Of a stretch of DNA of 64,000 nucleotides, positions 13,261 to 27,425 are shown one piece after another. Positions within the stretch are counted from its first letter, which is position 1. Each line of letters begins with the position of its first letter. The stretch is from positions 310,001 to 374,000 of the forward strand of contig CBFFRP010000426.1 in the NCBI GenBank assembly GCA_965644295.1. Direction: 5' to 3'. A program made the translations under genes and the position numbers. Below the pieces are notes generated by a model that was not told the origin of the DNA, searched no databases, and saw only the letters and a program-made list of their open reading frames with translations. This stretch comes from Paraphysomonas bandaiensis. Taxonomy: Eukaryota > Protista > Chrysophyceae.

Positions 13261-14435
13261 AGTAGTAATGAACAAAGGAGTACATACGACTTGCTAGTAA
13301 TCATACTATACTTCATATATAGCCAGATATACATTCGTGCTGTGTGCTTTCTTTTCATGATATATGTAGGTATCTAGCATGGTTTTGTGTAGCAGGACTC
13401 CGTCAGGGTAAGCTCCCTGTATCACTCTAGAATCCTGTTGTAGATATCTGTGGTTCAATGTGAGTTAGTTCCAGGAAGTGGTTCTCGAAATAGTTTTGAC
13501 GAATGAAAGTAAACTAAAGCCAAGTGGCATAAAATCTATTGTCTGAACCACCTCACAGCTGGATAAATATCATAAAATGACGAAGGCAATTTCAAGTGCC
13601 GTATATATTGCAGTAATCAACCAAACATATGTTGATTGCTTGCAGGATACTAACTATAGGAAAGTCCAGTTATATATTCAGTAGAAAGGAGTTGGCTTCA
13701 TTTCATGTGTAAAATAAATTAGAAGATATTTACCATCTCTTCTAATACAATGTATCGCTCTTGCAATGTGCAGACAGCTGAATAGGTACATCGATGAGAG
13801 ATAGTTAAATACCAGTTATCGATTATTCTCATGACTTCATTTCTATACTTGGTTCTACACAATGCATACCGATAAATTTCGTCATTACTGATTGGGTGAA
13901 CTTTGAAGTGGTGTGTAATGTGTAAAGCAGTACTTTATCTCAAATGTCATGACGCTCAATATTCCAGTATTATTGAATAAAAGACAATATGGAATACCAG
14001 GGCTGCGTATGAATTTTCAATTAATTGTTAATTATTAAAATTGCAACTGCAAGTAATAATTGCAATTACAATTGACTTCAACCTGCTTCAACCCGTGGAA
14101 CACACTCGAGCTGCATTGCACTCTCTAGTACTGGAGTTTAGAGTCACACTCTTTAATATATTTTATTTTAGGAACTCATTCTTGAAGAGTATGCGATATT
14201 TCGTTTGCATGCACTTTAATTTATAGCATGATTCATGATTGTATATTTTATATGTGAATATCATCACGATGGGAAGCTAATACTAGAAACATTGGATTAA
14301 TAGAATAAACTATCATAAGCATATATCATTGAGAACAGAAATATTGCTAGTTTAGATCGTAAATTTTTGCTTAGTAACTATTAAAAGATATCGAATGCAT
14401 TAAAATCAACACTTCTAACATGTTACACTCGAAAC

Positions 14436-14851
14436 TCACTCTTGCTGATCAGCAATGGTGACTTCGACATCTACCCCAGGCTCAATGCTAATATTGGTAA
14501 TCTGTCTTACCTCGTCAGCAGGTGAGTACAGATCAATCAGTCGCTACAACAAAAATTACTCTTTAGACTGAAAATTCAATAAGTCATTACCTTGTGGATG
14601 CGCATCTGGAACCTATCATAGGTGTTGGTACCCTCACCATTAGGAGCCTTGCGGGTCATAAGGCGAAGAACTTTGGTGGGCATACGCACAGGGCCAGAGA
14701 CCTTGAGGTTCTTGCTGATAGCCCGGTTCTTCAGCTCAGCGCACACTCTTTCCACAGCCTCGACTTTTCTGGATGTGAGAGTAATACGAATACGATGGAT
14801 AGCAACTTCGCCAACATCAGCGGCTTTCTGTTTCATAGGAGGAGCAGCCAT
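14436..14851 (-). CDS. RPS20: 40S ribosomal protein S20 (uS10); exons 14851-14591 and 14543-14436
   Basis: [13 protein letters not shown]...GPVRMPTK...[21 protein letters not shown] / RLIDLYSP...[12 protein letters not shown]; 47-nt GT-AG intron. Confidence 0.96.
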
Positions 14852-15368
14852 TTTCAACGAGGAGTAGTTTACGATCACAGTTAATGAATGTGATCTACAC
14901 AGCACATATCAGTAACACACACAGTTACAGTCCACTAAAATCTTTGTAAAAAAAACAGTACCATACTATACACTGTACATATGAAGTACAAGGGCCACCC
15001 TTCACATAAAAGAAATCTTCAAACGACATATTCAGTTTTATGTCGGATGAAATATTTGACCTATTATTATATATGAATATAAAACCCACTTTTTGATCAT
15101 GGATGAAAAATTAGAAATAACTTGATTGCCTATTTATATATGAATGAATATAAAAAACCCACTATTTTCATATGTTATATGCAATACACTGTAAATGTGT
15201 CTTCCAACAGTGACAGTGTGATAGTTGTGGCAAGAGTTTGATCATATTTCTATAAACAACAATTGAGATCCCAATGCTTTAATGTGGAGTTATGCAAGTA
15301 TTCAATAAACACTGGATTCTTGTTTCTGAATACAATCAGATTCATTAATTTATCTGTTATTACTTTAT

Positions 15369-16805
15369 ATGAGTAGCAGCAGGTTGACATCATCAGAGTT
15401 TCTTATTACATTCCAACATATCATGTCAATCATACAATCACAATTCAGATATCTTGTAGAAACATCAACAACAGCTGCAGTAGCTAATAAGCAATCACAT
15501 GGACCTGTGAGATGGAAAGCATCTTTCTGGGAACCGAATTCAGTTGATCCTGCTATGATGCGTGTGCCTGTGGTGTTAATAGCTTTCATTTTTTTGTGGT
15601 CTGCCAATATATTTATGTTAGGTGAGTCGGTGATACACTGTTTTTTATTGTGTTTTAATGATAAATTGGTTAGATCGATGCTGCTTGTCTTATCATGGTG
15701 TACTTGGCATAAAAAGCGGTGAGTTAATGTGCCCAAGATTTCTTCCTTTCTTAATCGTTTATCAATAGGCCCATTGTATTTTTCTCTTATGACCGCTATA
15801 TTTATGAGTGTGCTCTATGGGTTTCATATGGCTCTCTCTAGGGGTCTGTTTGAAACCAGTACAGAGGTTGCAATTGTTTCCTTTTATGTGTTGGTGTGCG
15901 TAACTGCCCTTCCGTGTTTTCCTGGTTCCGAGCACCGGTATTATTTCATATACCTGTAGCGTCATTTGATATTTGTATTGTAGCTCGCATTTCTACCGCA
16001 TAATGCGCCAGATTATCTTTCCCGGGGCCACAATATCTTTTCCTGAGATCCTGGTGGCGGATGCCCTCACCTCTGTTTCCAAGGTTCTAAAGGATCTCGG
16101 GGTCACCTTCACAGTCTTCTACGCCCGTTCACTTCAGTCTGGACAGGACCCTGTTCTCTATCATGATCCCGCGATGTTGCTTATTTCCCTTTTGGCGAGC
16201 CTGCCGTTTGTGTAAGTTACACCATATGTGTGATCCTTTTCTGATTTGTTTCTAGGCTCCGAATACGCCAGTGTTACGTGCAACTCTCCACTGCCACGGA
16301 GCGCTCCAGCCGCACTGCTATTACCCTCAATATCATAAAGTATTTTTCCGCATTTCCACCCATATGGCTGGCTGCTGCAGCGTCTCTCGGGTACTTTCAC
16401 CCCCTCTTACCTTCTTTGACTGCTCTCATGGCTACAATAAACTCCGCTTACTCCTTCATTTGGGACATCGTAATGGATTGGGGGCTACTGTCCCTTTATG
16501 CACCCCCTCAGGACTCTACTTTCAGACCACGCACTGTATTCCCATTCTATCTACACATAATAGTTGCCACTCTTAATCTCATCCTGAGGTTTTCATGGGC
16601 AAGTAATAGAATCCAAAGTTTGGCCAGCCTACCCGCTTCACATCTTGTCCTGATGATAGAACTCGCAGAAGTTATGAGACGCTCCATGTGGAATATATTT
16701 AGAATAGAGTGGGAAATTAATCAAGTGAATAGAAACTTGTCATTGAAAGGGGAATTGCCGGAGAAAGCAGTCAACATGAAGCATCTTCCTTCACTGTCTG
16801 ATTAG
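15369..16805 (+). CDS. EXS-family membrane protein (ERD1/XPR1/PHO1-like), multi-exon
   Basis: FPEILVADALTS, NIIKYFSA, NSAYSFIWDIVMDWGL, NLILRFSW, EVMRRSMWNIFRIEWE. Confidence 0.9.
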
Positions 16806-17054
16806 AAACTATATTTTAGGTTTACGATATGAGTATCAATTAGTAATTCTAACAAATGATAATAAGACATTCACTATGTTTGTTTCTGGAAGGAAGAAGT
16901 GGTAGATTAGTTGATAGGCTGTGATCGTAGATTGGTTGAAGACCTTCACAACGACTGGTATTGACAACATAAAAGTACTATATACAGATGCAAAAGGTTA
17001 AAAGCAACACAATTGAAAAAATATTAGCAGATTAATTTATTTATTATATCACTT

Positions 17055-20043
17055 TTATATCAAATATGACAAAATATCTTTGATATATTCGTCACATGAA
17101 TTTTTAGACGTCCCATTTAATTTTTTCCCTGATGATTCTAAAAAGTGTTTCAAACTAAACTTTTTCTTTTGTGAAAGGTTATCCGTGTGCTGCCAATAGT
17201 GTATACACGCATTCATCCAACTCAGCATTTGGACATTACCAGAACTTGACTGATCAAGACTAGCGTCAAGAGCTCCTACAACAGAATCTATAAAATAGAT
17301 GGTCTGATCAGACCCATCTGAACTGCTCCACTCCCAATGAATTGAAAGCATTTCAACGACTGGTCTCAGAATGCACCTCTCGTATTCACCTGTCATTAGC
17401 TGCTGAACACTTGTTGTGACGATTCGCGGCGTGAGCGACGACGAGATACAATCAAAGAGAAGAACCGCACAGGCGGTAGCAGCGACCTCAATAGCTTTCT
17501 TAAGGACCTCTTCTGACTCCTGCGACGCCAAGCTGTTCACATTCACTTGTCCGGGAGTAAAATATCTGTTTCGTGGTACTTCCCACGGTGCGATCAGACG
17601 CCGAACACATACTAGTGTCGCCATAGCTCGAGCATAACAGTCCAACCCTTTCATGCCATCCTCAGGTTCTTCGTTCAAGAGACCCTCCAATCTCGGAATA
17701 ACCATCGACAGCACTGAGAGTGAGTTAGCAGAGGGTGCGCATGTGTGCAATGTGGTAGCGATATAATGTCCCACCCACTGGGGTGACATCACAACCGAAC
17801 AGATATCTACTAGAGTGGTGTCCAATTCGTCCGATACGCCGAGATTTTCACTGTTTAGTGAAGACTCTCCCTCATCTCGCAAGGCAATTACAGTGAGCTC
17901 GATATGGTCCATGAGCAGGTCGACAAAATCGTGTGGGTCTAGCTCCATTCTCCTAGATGTAGGGATCAGAAGTGTGTACAAAGTGTATTTACAACAACTT
18001 ACCTGGAGAATAAGATACTGATCAGATAACATTGTTCCTCAGAAGACTCTTCGGCTAAGCACTCCAAGGCTTCTTGAGACACAGTGGGGAGAGAATCTCC
18101 AAAGGGTGTATGAAAAAACACGTCCAGCCATAAGCGGCGGACTTCTGGAGTGCTATGACCATACACCGTATCTAAACTCTCCTGACAAGGAAGAAACACA
18201 CCCCGTACGTTCTGACAAAGTGTGTTCACCCACTGATCAGATTGGCCATTGCACAACGCAGAAATTCTTTTGGTAGCCAACAGTACCACCCTGGCGCAGA
18301 GATCAAGGACGGGCCCCATCCCTTCCCGTCTAGATTCCACAAGCCTTCCTGGAAGGCTTGAAATGGTCTCAACCACAAGAATCAGTGCTTCGGAGTTGAC
18401 CTCTCCAGGTTCCCAGAGAGACTCCGTATGCACAACTCTATGGAGACTTGCTGTCACAGCTCGGATAAGCCCCATGCTAGTACGGGTATCAGTGAGAGAT
18501 CGCAATAGGCGGCCTAACTCCTCTAAGACAGAAACAAGACTCTCGCTTGATCCTGTGCATAAGAGGGTTGCACACTGCAACAACCGGCCAATGGACTCCG
18601 TCATTTCAACCGAACGACCCGATAGAGAGGATAAGGTCTGATGGACATATTCTGTAGGCCCAGAGCCATAATCCAGCGAATAGGGAGACGAGAGCACAGT
18701 CAGACACACAAGGGTGTTAACATCCTCAGCATGGTGCAGCGCAGCTGCTTCGGCAGCGCTGCCAGCAGGTGCGACCTCAGCTTGGGGTGAAGCATATGGA
18801 AACCCACTCCAAAGGCCCTGTAGAAGGCCGCAAAGGAAAGGAGAAGGTTTGGAGTACATCCCTGCAAGTCGTGTACAGATTCGTAGAACAGTTGAGGAGG
18901 AAAGTACCAGCTCCGGGATGTCTGTGCGTAGTCCTGTGCAGTCTAGAACCAAGCCTTTCCATAGGCCTTGAAGGCACACACAACACGAGTCCAACAGGGA
19001 CTCACCAGAACAATAGGATGCATTGGCAGGAGTACGCCCAATGAGTGGAGAGCGCCGGAAAGACGGGCGCATCTGTACTACTTTCACAGGGAATGACTCT
19101 AATATTTCAGTCGCTACTGGATATGTCGACGAAGGTATGTCAACAGGCAACAGATGCAACAGTTTCTCCAACACGAGGACAGCAGATGTCAGCATAGAGT
19201 ATTGCTGCTGTGACGGCTTGGACCGCTTAGAGTGTGCTCCACTTTTGGTACGTGGAGTTGTGGTCGTTTCCTTGGCCCCAGATGAGGTGACTTGGTTGCA
19301 CAGGGATGGCTCAGAAAGAAGGCTCAACACGTGGCGCATGAGCTGACTCAAGCATGATTTAAAAAATCAAATAATTCATGTACATCTACCTTATCGACGT
19401 CATTGGTGAATACTGTTCCCGCATCAGTTTGCAAAAAACAAAGTGCCATACGCAATGAATCCCTTCGAATAGCCTATCTATCATTTACAACATAATACTT
19501 CTATAATACAATGTATATACCTTATTTAAACTAGTCAGACCACTGCATATATACGTAGAGAGAACTGATGCAATAGCCATATAATATGATTTCATTGGAT
19601 GTTGATGTAATACACTTGTAATCATATCACGAAGTTTTTTTCTTGTCTCTGTTTCTTCATCAAATAATAATTCCATTGCAGAGGGTATGGCCAGAGCTGA
19701 TGTATATATTATCATCTAGTATTATATATCTGAATATATACATACCTATATGAGATCCAGCATGTGAACTATTATTTAATATCTCTTGTAATTCATCTAA
19801 TGCAGATGAACGATTTGATGAACTATGATGATGAAATTGTTTAATAAGTTTAGATATTTTTATACTTTCATCATTAATTGTTTCATTTAATATACTCTGT
19901 TGATGTGGTACATTAATACGCTTTGCTTTAACATTAATTATAGTAGTTGGTCCACGTTTAATTTTTTTCCCAACTTTTGCTTTAATTTTCTTAAAATCAT
20001 TAATTTTTTTAGGACGTGAATCTTTATTTCGAAGTTTTACCAT
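17055..20043 (-). CDS. TEX10/IPI1-like Rix1-complex (pre-rRNA processing) protein, multi-exon
   Basis: N-terminal DFKKIKAKVGKK...KAKRINVPHQ signature followed by a helical-repeat region. Confidence 0.75.
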
Positions 20044-20543
20044 GAGAATATATATATATATATATAGATGTATGTATGAACTTTGAGAGTAGTGGGATTA
20101 TAGTGATATGAAGATATCTATAATTCACTTACTATATGAGTGTTTATTGGTTGATATGATTGACTTCGAAGTGTTCTTGTAAGTAGAGGATGTTAGCAAA
20201 GGGTTACTATACACACCACTCAAACATACAAGTGTACACTGATCGTACAAAGGAATGGAGTGGAAGAGTATCCACACCATATAATCACATATACTTGTAT
20301 AACCCGTATTCCACTGTAGTACATACAATTGGGACATGACAATATCACATATACACTAACGTATACAACAGTATTTGATTGTGTGGTACAGTATATATGC
20401 TCCACTTAACACACTATGCGTCCATATGATCTCATCATATATACACATATATACACATCAATCAACAACACATACCACAATCCACTATTTCAATAACAAT
20501 GTCTTGAATCTATATATAAATCTCTTCATATCTCTATTCAAAC

Positions 20544-23326
20544 ATGATTCTTACTCATTCATTATCATGGTCAACCAAATACATCAATCGTAGAGTTCAT
20601 ATGATACAATTCACATCAATGAGTTCATTGAAATATAATCATATTCATGTAGAAAGAAAATGGCAAGAATATTGGGAACAAAACAAAACATTTATAGCTA
20701 AAAGACGACAAGGATATCCTAAAAAATATATATTAGATATGTTTCCATATCCATCTGGTAGATCATATCAATCGTTATGGACACACTGTTATTCTCATAC
20801 ATTTCAGGGGCGGGATTACATGTAGGGCATCCTGAAGGGTACACTGCTACTGATATATTATCTCGGTATTATAGAATGAATGGATATGATGTATTGCACC
20901 CAATGGGCTGGGATGCATTTGGGCTACCTGCTGAGCAACATGCGATACAGACAAACACACATCCCGCTGTAACAACAGGGAAGAATATATCAGAGTTTAA
21001 ACGGCAGCTTAAGTCTCTTGGGTTCAGCTATGATTGGTATAATCGTCTGTGAGCATGTGTTATTCGTTTTTATGTACGTGATAGGGACCGAGAGATATCA
21101 ACTACTGACAATAATTATGTAAAGTGGACGCAGTGGATATTTCTGCAACTCTTCAAGATGGGTTTGGCAGAGCAAAGTGAACTCCCTGTTAACTGGTGTC
21201 CCGCTTTAGGTAAGTGACGTTGCTTTGACTCCGGCTTGCTCTAAACGCAGGTGGGTGTAGGAACGGTGTTAGCCAATGAAGAGGTGATCGGTGGCCTCTC
21301 GGAGAGGGGTGGGCATCCTGTAGAGCGCATTCCGGTGCGGCAGTGGGTTCTCAAGATCACCGATTATGCGGACGAGCTGGAGGCTGGTCTAGATGGGTTA
21401 GCGTGGCCTGAGGGGACTCTGGCAGCGCAGCGTTCATGGATAGGTCGGTCAGAGGGTGCCACTGTTTCTTTCAAGGTTGATGGAGTAGATGGGTGCCACA
21501 TCGATGTCTTTACAACTCGACCGGAGACTCTGTATGGGGTAACATATTTAGCTCTTGCACCAGAGCATAGTCTCATCCCGCGACTTACTACGAAAGAGTG
21601 CGATGCAGCGGTTCGTAAATACTTGGCAGAGATTGTACCTCGCAGGGGACATGGAGGAACAGGAGGCGTGCGTCTGGGTGGACATGTCATTCACCCCCTT
21701 ACGGGGGACAAAATCCCCGTAATGGTGGCTGATTACGTATTGGGTGATTATGGCACTGGTGCAGTAATGGCAGTTCCGGCTCATGACGCTCGGGACTTCG
21801 TGTTTGCCAACGAGCATGGCCTACCGATACGGCGAGTTATCCAGGCGCCGAACGGAGAGGACACACTACCGTACACTGATGCGGGCACTCTATGCAATTG
21901 CCCTGCAAAATTAGATGGCTTGCGATCTTCTGAAGATGGAAGGAAAGCGGTAGTTGCTGAACTAGTGAAGACGGGTAGTGGAAATTCTGGTATCTCGTAC
22001 CGCCTGCATGACTGGGTGTTCTCCCGGCAGAGATATTGGGGCGAACCAATTCCCATTTACTTCCCTGTCGAAATCGCAGATGGAAAGGATCCTAGAACCG
22101 ATCCAGCTCACGTCATTCGCTACGACTGTCCTATTCCTGTGCCGGACGACGAGCTTCCTTTGACCTTGCCAGAAGTGGAGGACTTCACTCCGGGGACCGA
22201 CCCGCAGGGTTGCCTGGCACGGGCAAAGGATTGGAGGTACTTTCAGCGCGATGGACAGTGGTTTGCTAGAGAGACAAACACAATGCCACAGGTATCTTTT
22301 GTCTGCGGTGCGTAGAGTTGTTACTAACTGGAAGTGTGTGTTTGGTATGAATTATAGTGGGCAGGCAGCTGCTGGTACTATATGCGGTTCGTGGATCCCA
22401 CTAATGACAAGGAGTTGGTAAACCATAAACTTGCTGATGATTGGCTGCCGGTCGACATATATGTGGGTGGCCAAGAACATGCCGTGTTGCACCTACTGTA
22501 CGCCCGTTTTTGGCATAAGGCACTGTACAAAATTGGTGTCATCAGTCATCCAGAACCTTTTGTCAAACTAGTACATCAGGGTTTAATATTGGGATCAGAT
22601 GGGGAGAAGATGTCTAAAAGCAAGGGAAATGTAGTGAACCCAGATGCGGTCGTTGAGGAACATGGGGCGGATGCTTTACGTATGTATGAAATGTTTATGG
22701 GACCTTTAGAAGCAACGAAACCGTGGCAGACGGGGCAAGTATTAGGAGTAGTTAGATTTAGAGAAAAGGTTTATAACCTGGTGACAGCATTTGTTGGTGG
22801 AATGTCTAGGGATTGTGACGAGACAGTTGCATTCAAGGGTGACCTAGAATGTGAAATGCATCGCGCTATACGCAAGGTGACTGCAGACATTGAGTCACTT
22901 AGTTTCAACACTGCGATATCGGCTCTTATGATATACGTGAACCAGTTGAGCACTTACAAAGAGAAGTATCCCATCCCACGGGCCGCAATAGAGACACTAG
23001 TGCTTCTGCTTTCACCTATTGCACCACATGTGGCTGAGGAGTGCTGGCAGTTACTGGGACATAAAGAGAGTCTCGCATATTATCCATGGCCGAAGTATGA
23101 CGAGAATTTGTGTATCGCTTCGTCGCAGACAAAAGCTACGCTTGCTGTTCAGGTGAATGGCAAGCTGAGAGCAACTATAGAATTGGACACTGATGCTGAC
23201 AAAGACTCCGCGGTGGAGGTAGCTATGGCTCATGCTACTGTTAAGAAGTTTGTAGGTGATGGTGCATTGCGAAAGACAATATATGTGCCTGGGAAAATTC
23301 TAAATTTTGTTGTAAAGAAAAATTGA
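20544..23326 (+). CDS. leuS: Leucine--tRNA ligase, bacterial/organellar type, multi-exon
   Basis: [28 protein letters not shown]1 TTRPETL and [32 protein letters not shown]; N-terminal extension is probably a targeting peptide. Confidence 0.95.
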
Positions 23327-23523
23327 ACCGTAATAGTGGAAGAATTGTGCGTTGTACATTGCCTTCGTAGTGTGAAATGGACACTATTGGGCAAAAAGCT
23401 ATTCCACCCCACCCTTACGACTGGGAACGCTTGACTAGGCTAAACACTTAATGCGCTACATTTCATTTTCATACATTGCCATTCACAACATTTGACGCAT
23501 TATATATTGCTTATATAATAATA

Positions 23524-24885
23524 TCATGAAAGTTCTTCTTCATCGAAACTCTCTATACACGTATCTATAGAACTAACACTTTCACTCGTAGTTTCACCAC
23601 GATCACTCTGCTGTACAGCGGAATATTTGATGCTCAAAAGAGGTGACATTTCAAAAGCATCATTGTGCTTCACTAGCGACGATTCACTGCATGTAGCAGA
23701 GGTACTACTTGGTGGATTCAGTGCTACCAAAAGAACACCAGTCGCAACAAGACATGCCCCGGAAATCGAAAACCAATTGGCCACATCACTCGTGAAGAGA
23801 ACCTGCCAGAGAAACCCGAAAGGAACATCCGACATGCGCATCAGCGTCGCAGAGGCACTTTTCCCCCGCTGTAGACCTAAGAGATGCCACTCGTTACATC
23901 GTTGATAATATGATATATAGACGATTCACTAGACCACCACATTGCGTGAACTGTATACACATGTATGGTACTCTGAATATTGTTACAACTCACCAATAGT
24001 CAGTGCAAACTGACTTAAAGATCCCACCACAGCACCAGCAGCTACCAATCCCCACTCCCATGGCTGTAGATCAAATCTTACTGCCTGACCCACCATATAC
24101 GCAGAGGGTAAGGCGAGCACCATTTGACCCAATGACTGAGAAAACGAAACATTCGCCCACGGCATCTTTGCACTTGTACCTAGGATACGAAGAGTTGTGT
24201 ACGCTCCACCGGCAGATGCTGCGGAAATAATGCCACATAATAGCCCCATATGCACATTATTAGCGCCTGTGTCATGTGTAGAAACATTAATTCCAATCAT
24301 ATTAAATACTGCTGGCGGACGAACGATAAATATTATCCCTGATAGAGATAGTACTGTGGCCACCATTTCAACATGTCGCCATGGCTCGGAGATAAATATA
24401 TAGCTAAAGAAAGCCGCAAACAGCGGGCTTTGCATGACCAAAACAGTAGCATCCGCAATTGGAAGATACTCTGCATATAATATGTAAATAAAATGTGACA
24501 CTTAAACTCTTTAACATACCGACTGTAAGGAGTCCTCCTCCTATTGATAGAAAACCCAGAAATGATCGAAGAAAAAGAAAAAACTTGATTTTAGCACTAT
24601 CTCCAAATAGTTCAGTTTTATTGTCAGTAGATATGTTTTTGAGTATAAAAATTGATGACAAAGCCAGTTGCATACATCCTCTAAAGAATATTTGTTCGAA
24701 AGACACACGAAATCCTACATAACAAACATATCTGTTTAGATGAAATGAATTCACTATTAGAATATATGTATATACATACCATTTTCTTCTAATATTTTTA
24801 TAAATAAAGTTTGTATAGAAAATCCAAAACCACTTAAGAATACTAAAACTAGTGGATATAAATATGTTGTGTTTAGAGTGACCAT
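23524..24885 (-). CDS. DMT/EamA-family (SLC35G-like) transporter, multi-exon
   Basis: FFRG..LFLRSFLG, LPIADATVLVMQSPLFAAFFSYIFISEP, GIIFIVRPP; many TM segments. Confidence 0.85.
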
Positions 24886-25164
24886 GTATTCACACTGTCA
24901 CGTCTATAGATTGATAAGGATATATATGTTTACTAGAGAATCTATCTATCTATCTATCTATGTATGTGTGTTTAATAAGGTGGATATTGAATTGTGGGTT
25001 GTGTCCATATGCATGTAGAGATGCAGCAGTGTGCAGTGAGAGCAGGCAGTGCGTGTATTCCACTCGACCGCTTGCAGTGTTCCCTGGAGAATAACAACCA
25101 ATTACATTCCTGTATTTCTCCTGTATTACACAGTGTAGGAAGGGATCAAGGTAACGTACTGCTG

Positions 25165-25332
25165 TATGTATGTATGTATGTATGTATGTATGTATGTATG
25201 TATGTATGTATGTATGTATGTATGTATGTATGTATGTATGTATGTATGTATGTATGTATGTATGTATGTATGTATGCATGTATGTATGTATGTATGTATG
25301 TACGTATGTATGCATGTATGTATGTATGTATA
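25165..25332. repeat. (TATG)n microsatellite in a divergent promoter region
   Basis: About 40 TATG units read directly. Confidence 0.95.
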
Positions 25333-25428
25333 TGCAGGTACTGAAGGTGGGTATGGTCTAGTTGGATATTTTGCTTGTTAGTTTATCGCATTCCGCATAT
25401 CGCATATAGATAGCAGAAACCCAAAACA

Positions 25429-26688
25429 ATGAAACTCTCATCTCTTCCTCTCCGCTCTATCAACTACACCCTCTCACCTCGTTTCTTCTCCTCTCACATA
25501 CCTTCTCAATCCCTCAAAGATCTAGATATAGTTATATATGGAGCTACAGGCTTTACAGGTCGACTTGTATCTGATTATATGAATACACGTTATGGAGTTA
25601 ATAAAGATATTAAATGGGCAATGGCAGGAAGAAATAAAATGAAACTACAGGAAGTACGTGATGAGTTGTCCATATCACCTGATGTACCGCTTATAGTAGC
25701 GGATGCATCCAATAAGGCATCATTAGATGATTTAGTTAATAGCACACGTGTTGTGCTGACTACAGTGGGTCCATATCAATTGTATGGAAATGAACTGGTT
25801 GCAGCATGTGCTTCGGCAGGTACGGATTATGTGGACCTATGTGGTGAACCCGCATGGATGCACGACATGATTAATGCCCATAGTACATCAGCTGAATCTA
25901 GTGGCGCGCGTATATTATTTTCTTGTGGATTTGACTCTATTCCCTTTGACATGGGAGTGTATTACTTGCAACAAGTTGCTCGCCGTCGCTTCGGTCGCCC
26001 AGTTTCTCGTGTGCGAGGCAGGGTGCGCGGTATGCAGGGCGGATGGTCTGGGGGCACACTGGCCAGCTTTCAAGCCACTATGGCTGCAGCAGAGGCGGAT
26101 AAATCTCTGCTAGATATTTTGCGTAGTCCTTTTGCTTTGACTCCTGGATTTGAAGGTCCCAAACAACCTTCTGGTGGCAAACCCCTTTTCGACGAGGTGT
26201 CCAGTAGCTGGGTAGCCCCATTCATGATGGCTCCTATCAATACGAAAAATATCCATAGGTCGAACTTTCTTCTCGGCCATGAGTACGGAGAAAATTTTGT
26301 GTATGATGAAATGATTTTAACGGGGTCAGGGGAGAAGGGGGAAAAGAGAGCTCGAGCTATCGCCACAAGCACTGCAATGCAGGACGACAAGACACCACCT
26401 GGAGAGGGGCCGAGCAAAGAGGAGAGGGATAACGGCTTCTACGATGTCCTGTTTGTGGGAACATCGGATGATGACTCAAACCAGATAGTACGAGTGAGTG
26501 TACACGGTGATATGGATCCTGGTTATGGTTCTACTTCGAAGATGATTGCTGAGACGGCGGTGTGTCTGGTCAAACATCCCGGGCGAACTCTTGGCGGAAT
26601 ATGGACATGCGCGCCAGCCTTAGGAATACAACTTATTGATCGGCTTCAAAATAATGCTGGAATTAGTTTTATTGATGAGACGGATTGA
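25429..26688 (+). CDS. Saccharopine dehydrogenase-like NAD(P)-binding oxidoreductase, intronless, with a Ser/Arg/Leu-rich N-terminal extension
   Basis: IYGATGFTG, WAMAGRN, TTVGPYQLYG, YVDLCGE, SCGFDSIPFD, SGGTLAS, DPGYGSTSKM. Confidence 0.9.
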   Translation: MKLSSLPLRSINYTLSPRFFSSHIPSQSLKDLDIVIYGATGFTGRLVSDYMNTRYGVNKDIKWAMAGRNKMKLQEVRDELSISPDVPLIVADASNKASLDDLVNSTRVVLTTVGPYQLYGNELVAACASAGTDYVDLCGEPAWMHDMINAHSTSAESSGARILFSCGFDSIPFDMGVYYLQQVARRRFGRPVSRVRGRVRGMQGGWSGGTLASFQATMAAAEADKSLLDILRSPFALTPGFEGPKQPSGGKPLFDEVSSSWVAPFMMAPINTKNIHRSNFLLGHEYGENFVYDEMILTGSGEKGEKRARAIATSTAMQDDKTPPGEGPSKEERDNGFYDVLFVGTSDDDSNQIVRVSVHGDMDPGYGSTSKMIAETAVCLVKHPGRTLGGIWTCAPALGIQLIDRLQNNAGISFIDETD

Positions 26689-26994
26689 TAGTACGAGCCA
26701 GAACTATTGCTAGGTAGCTTGCCAACTCCGAAGAAAGCAGATTGAAAGAAAATATAGAGGTTGCGATTGTATTGTTGCTTGTCAGCTAGTTATAGAGGAC
26801 AGTTAAATATATTCGAAAGCACAAAGCTGATATGAACAAACTATAGTTGTGGTATCTATCGAACTCAATGGTGTGACTTGTGATTGTGGCAAATTTCAAA
26901 TATAATAATAGTAATACCATAGTAGCTAGTATACTGTTCAGATACCACAAGCGCAAACTTTATACGCTATGTATCAGGATTGCGTAGCATACAC

Positions 26995-27425
26995 TAGGAG
27001 TGAATGTATTACTATTAGCAATATAGATGTTTAAGAGTCAGAACTAATTTAGCATTGCATTTTAATTAACTAGTGCTTAACTCAGATATCCTACTATTTA
27101 ACTCTACGAAAGCTGCTTGTGAGTCACCGCAAGCACAAAGGTGCAACAACTTTCACTCAAAGCAAACGCAGTGAGCAAACAGAGTGTTGATATACCTGAC
27201 ATCTGCTGATTTCAGGATTTTTGAGTCCGTAAGAAGGTGAACAGCCCGGATGCTTTACTTCAGCAGACAGCTCAATCCCCCTGATGGCCTTGAGGTGGGC
27301 CCATTCCGTGATGCCTGATTATTCGTCAGGGCCCAAAGACGTCTACACAAATGACATTCACTCGTGTCCCTTGTACCGCACAAGCATTTGGCTATGAATG
27401 GACAGAAAATTATCTGAGAACTATA
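26995..27425. repeat. Family-A dispersed repeat, copy 2 (truncated at the right end)
   Basis: Shares gtcaccgcaagcac, cctgacatctgctga, aacagcccggatgc and aaagacgtctacaca with the other copies. Confidence 0.85.

Noticed and set aside
13390-13440. Possible hairpin ncRNA upstream of Hsp70 (also a GGGTC-GAA-GACCC hairpin near 51122)
   Set aside because: Short stems without snoRNA boxes or other support
24950-25381. HTYI/MYVC repeat ORFs (also near 8.0, 33.5 and 56.3 kb)
   Set aside because: Translations of microsatellites and minisatellites
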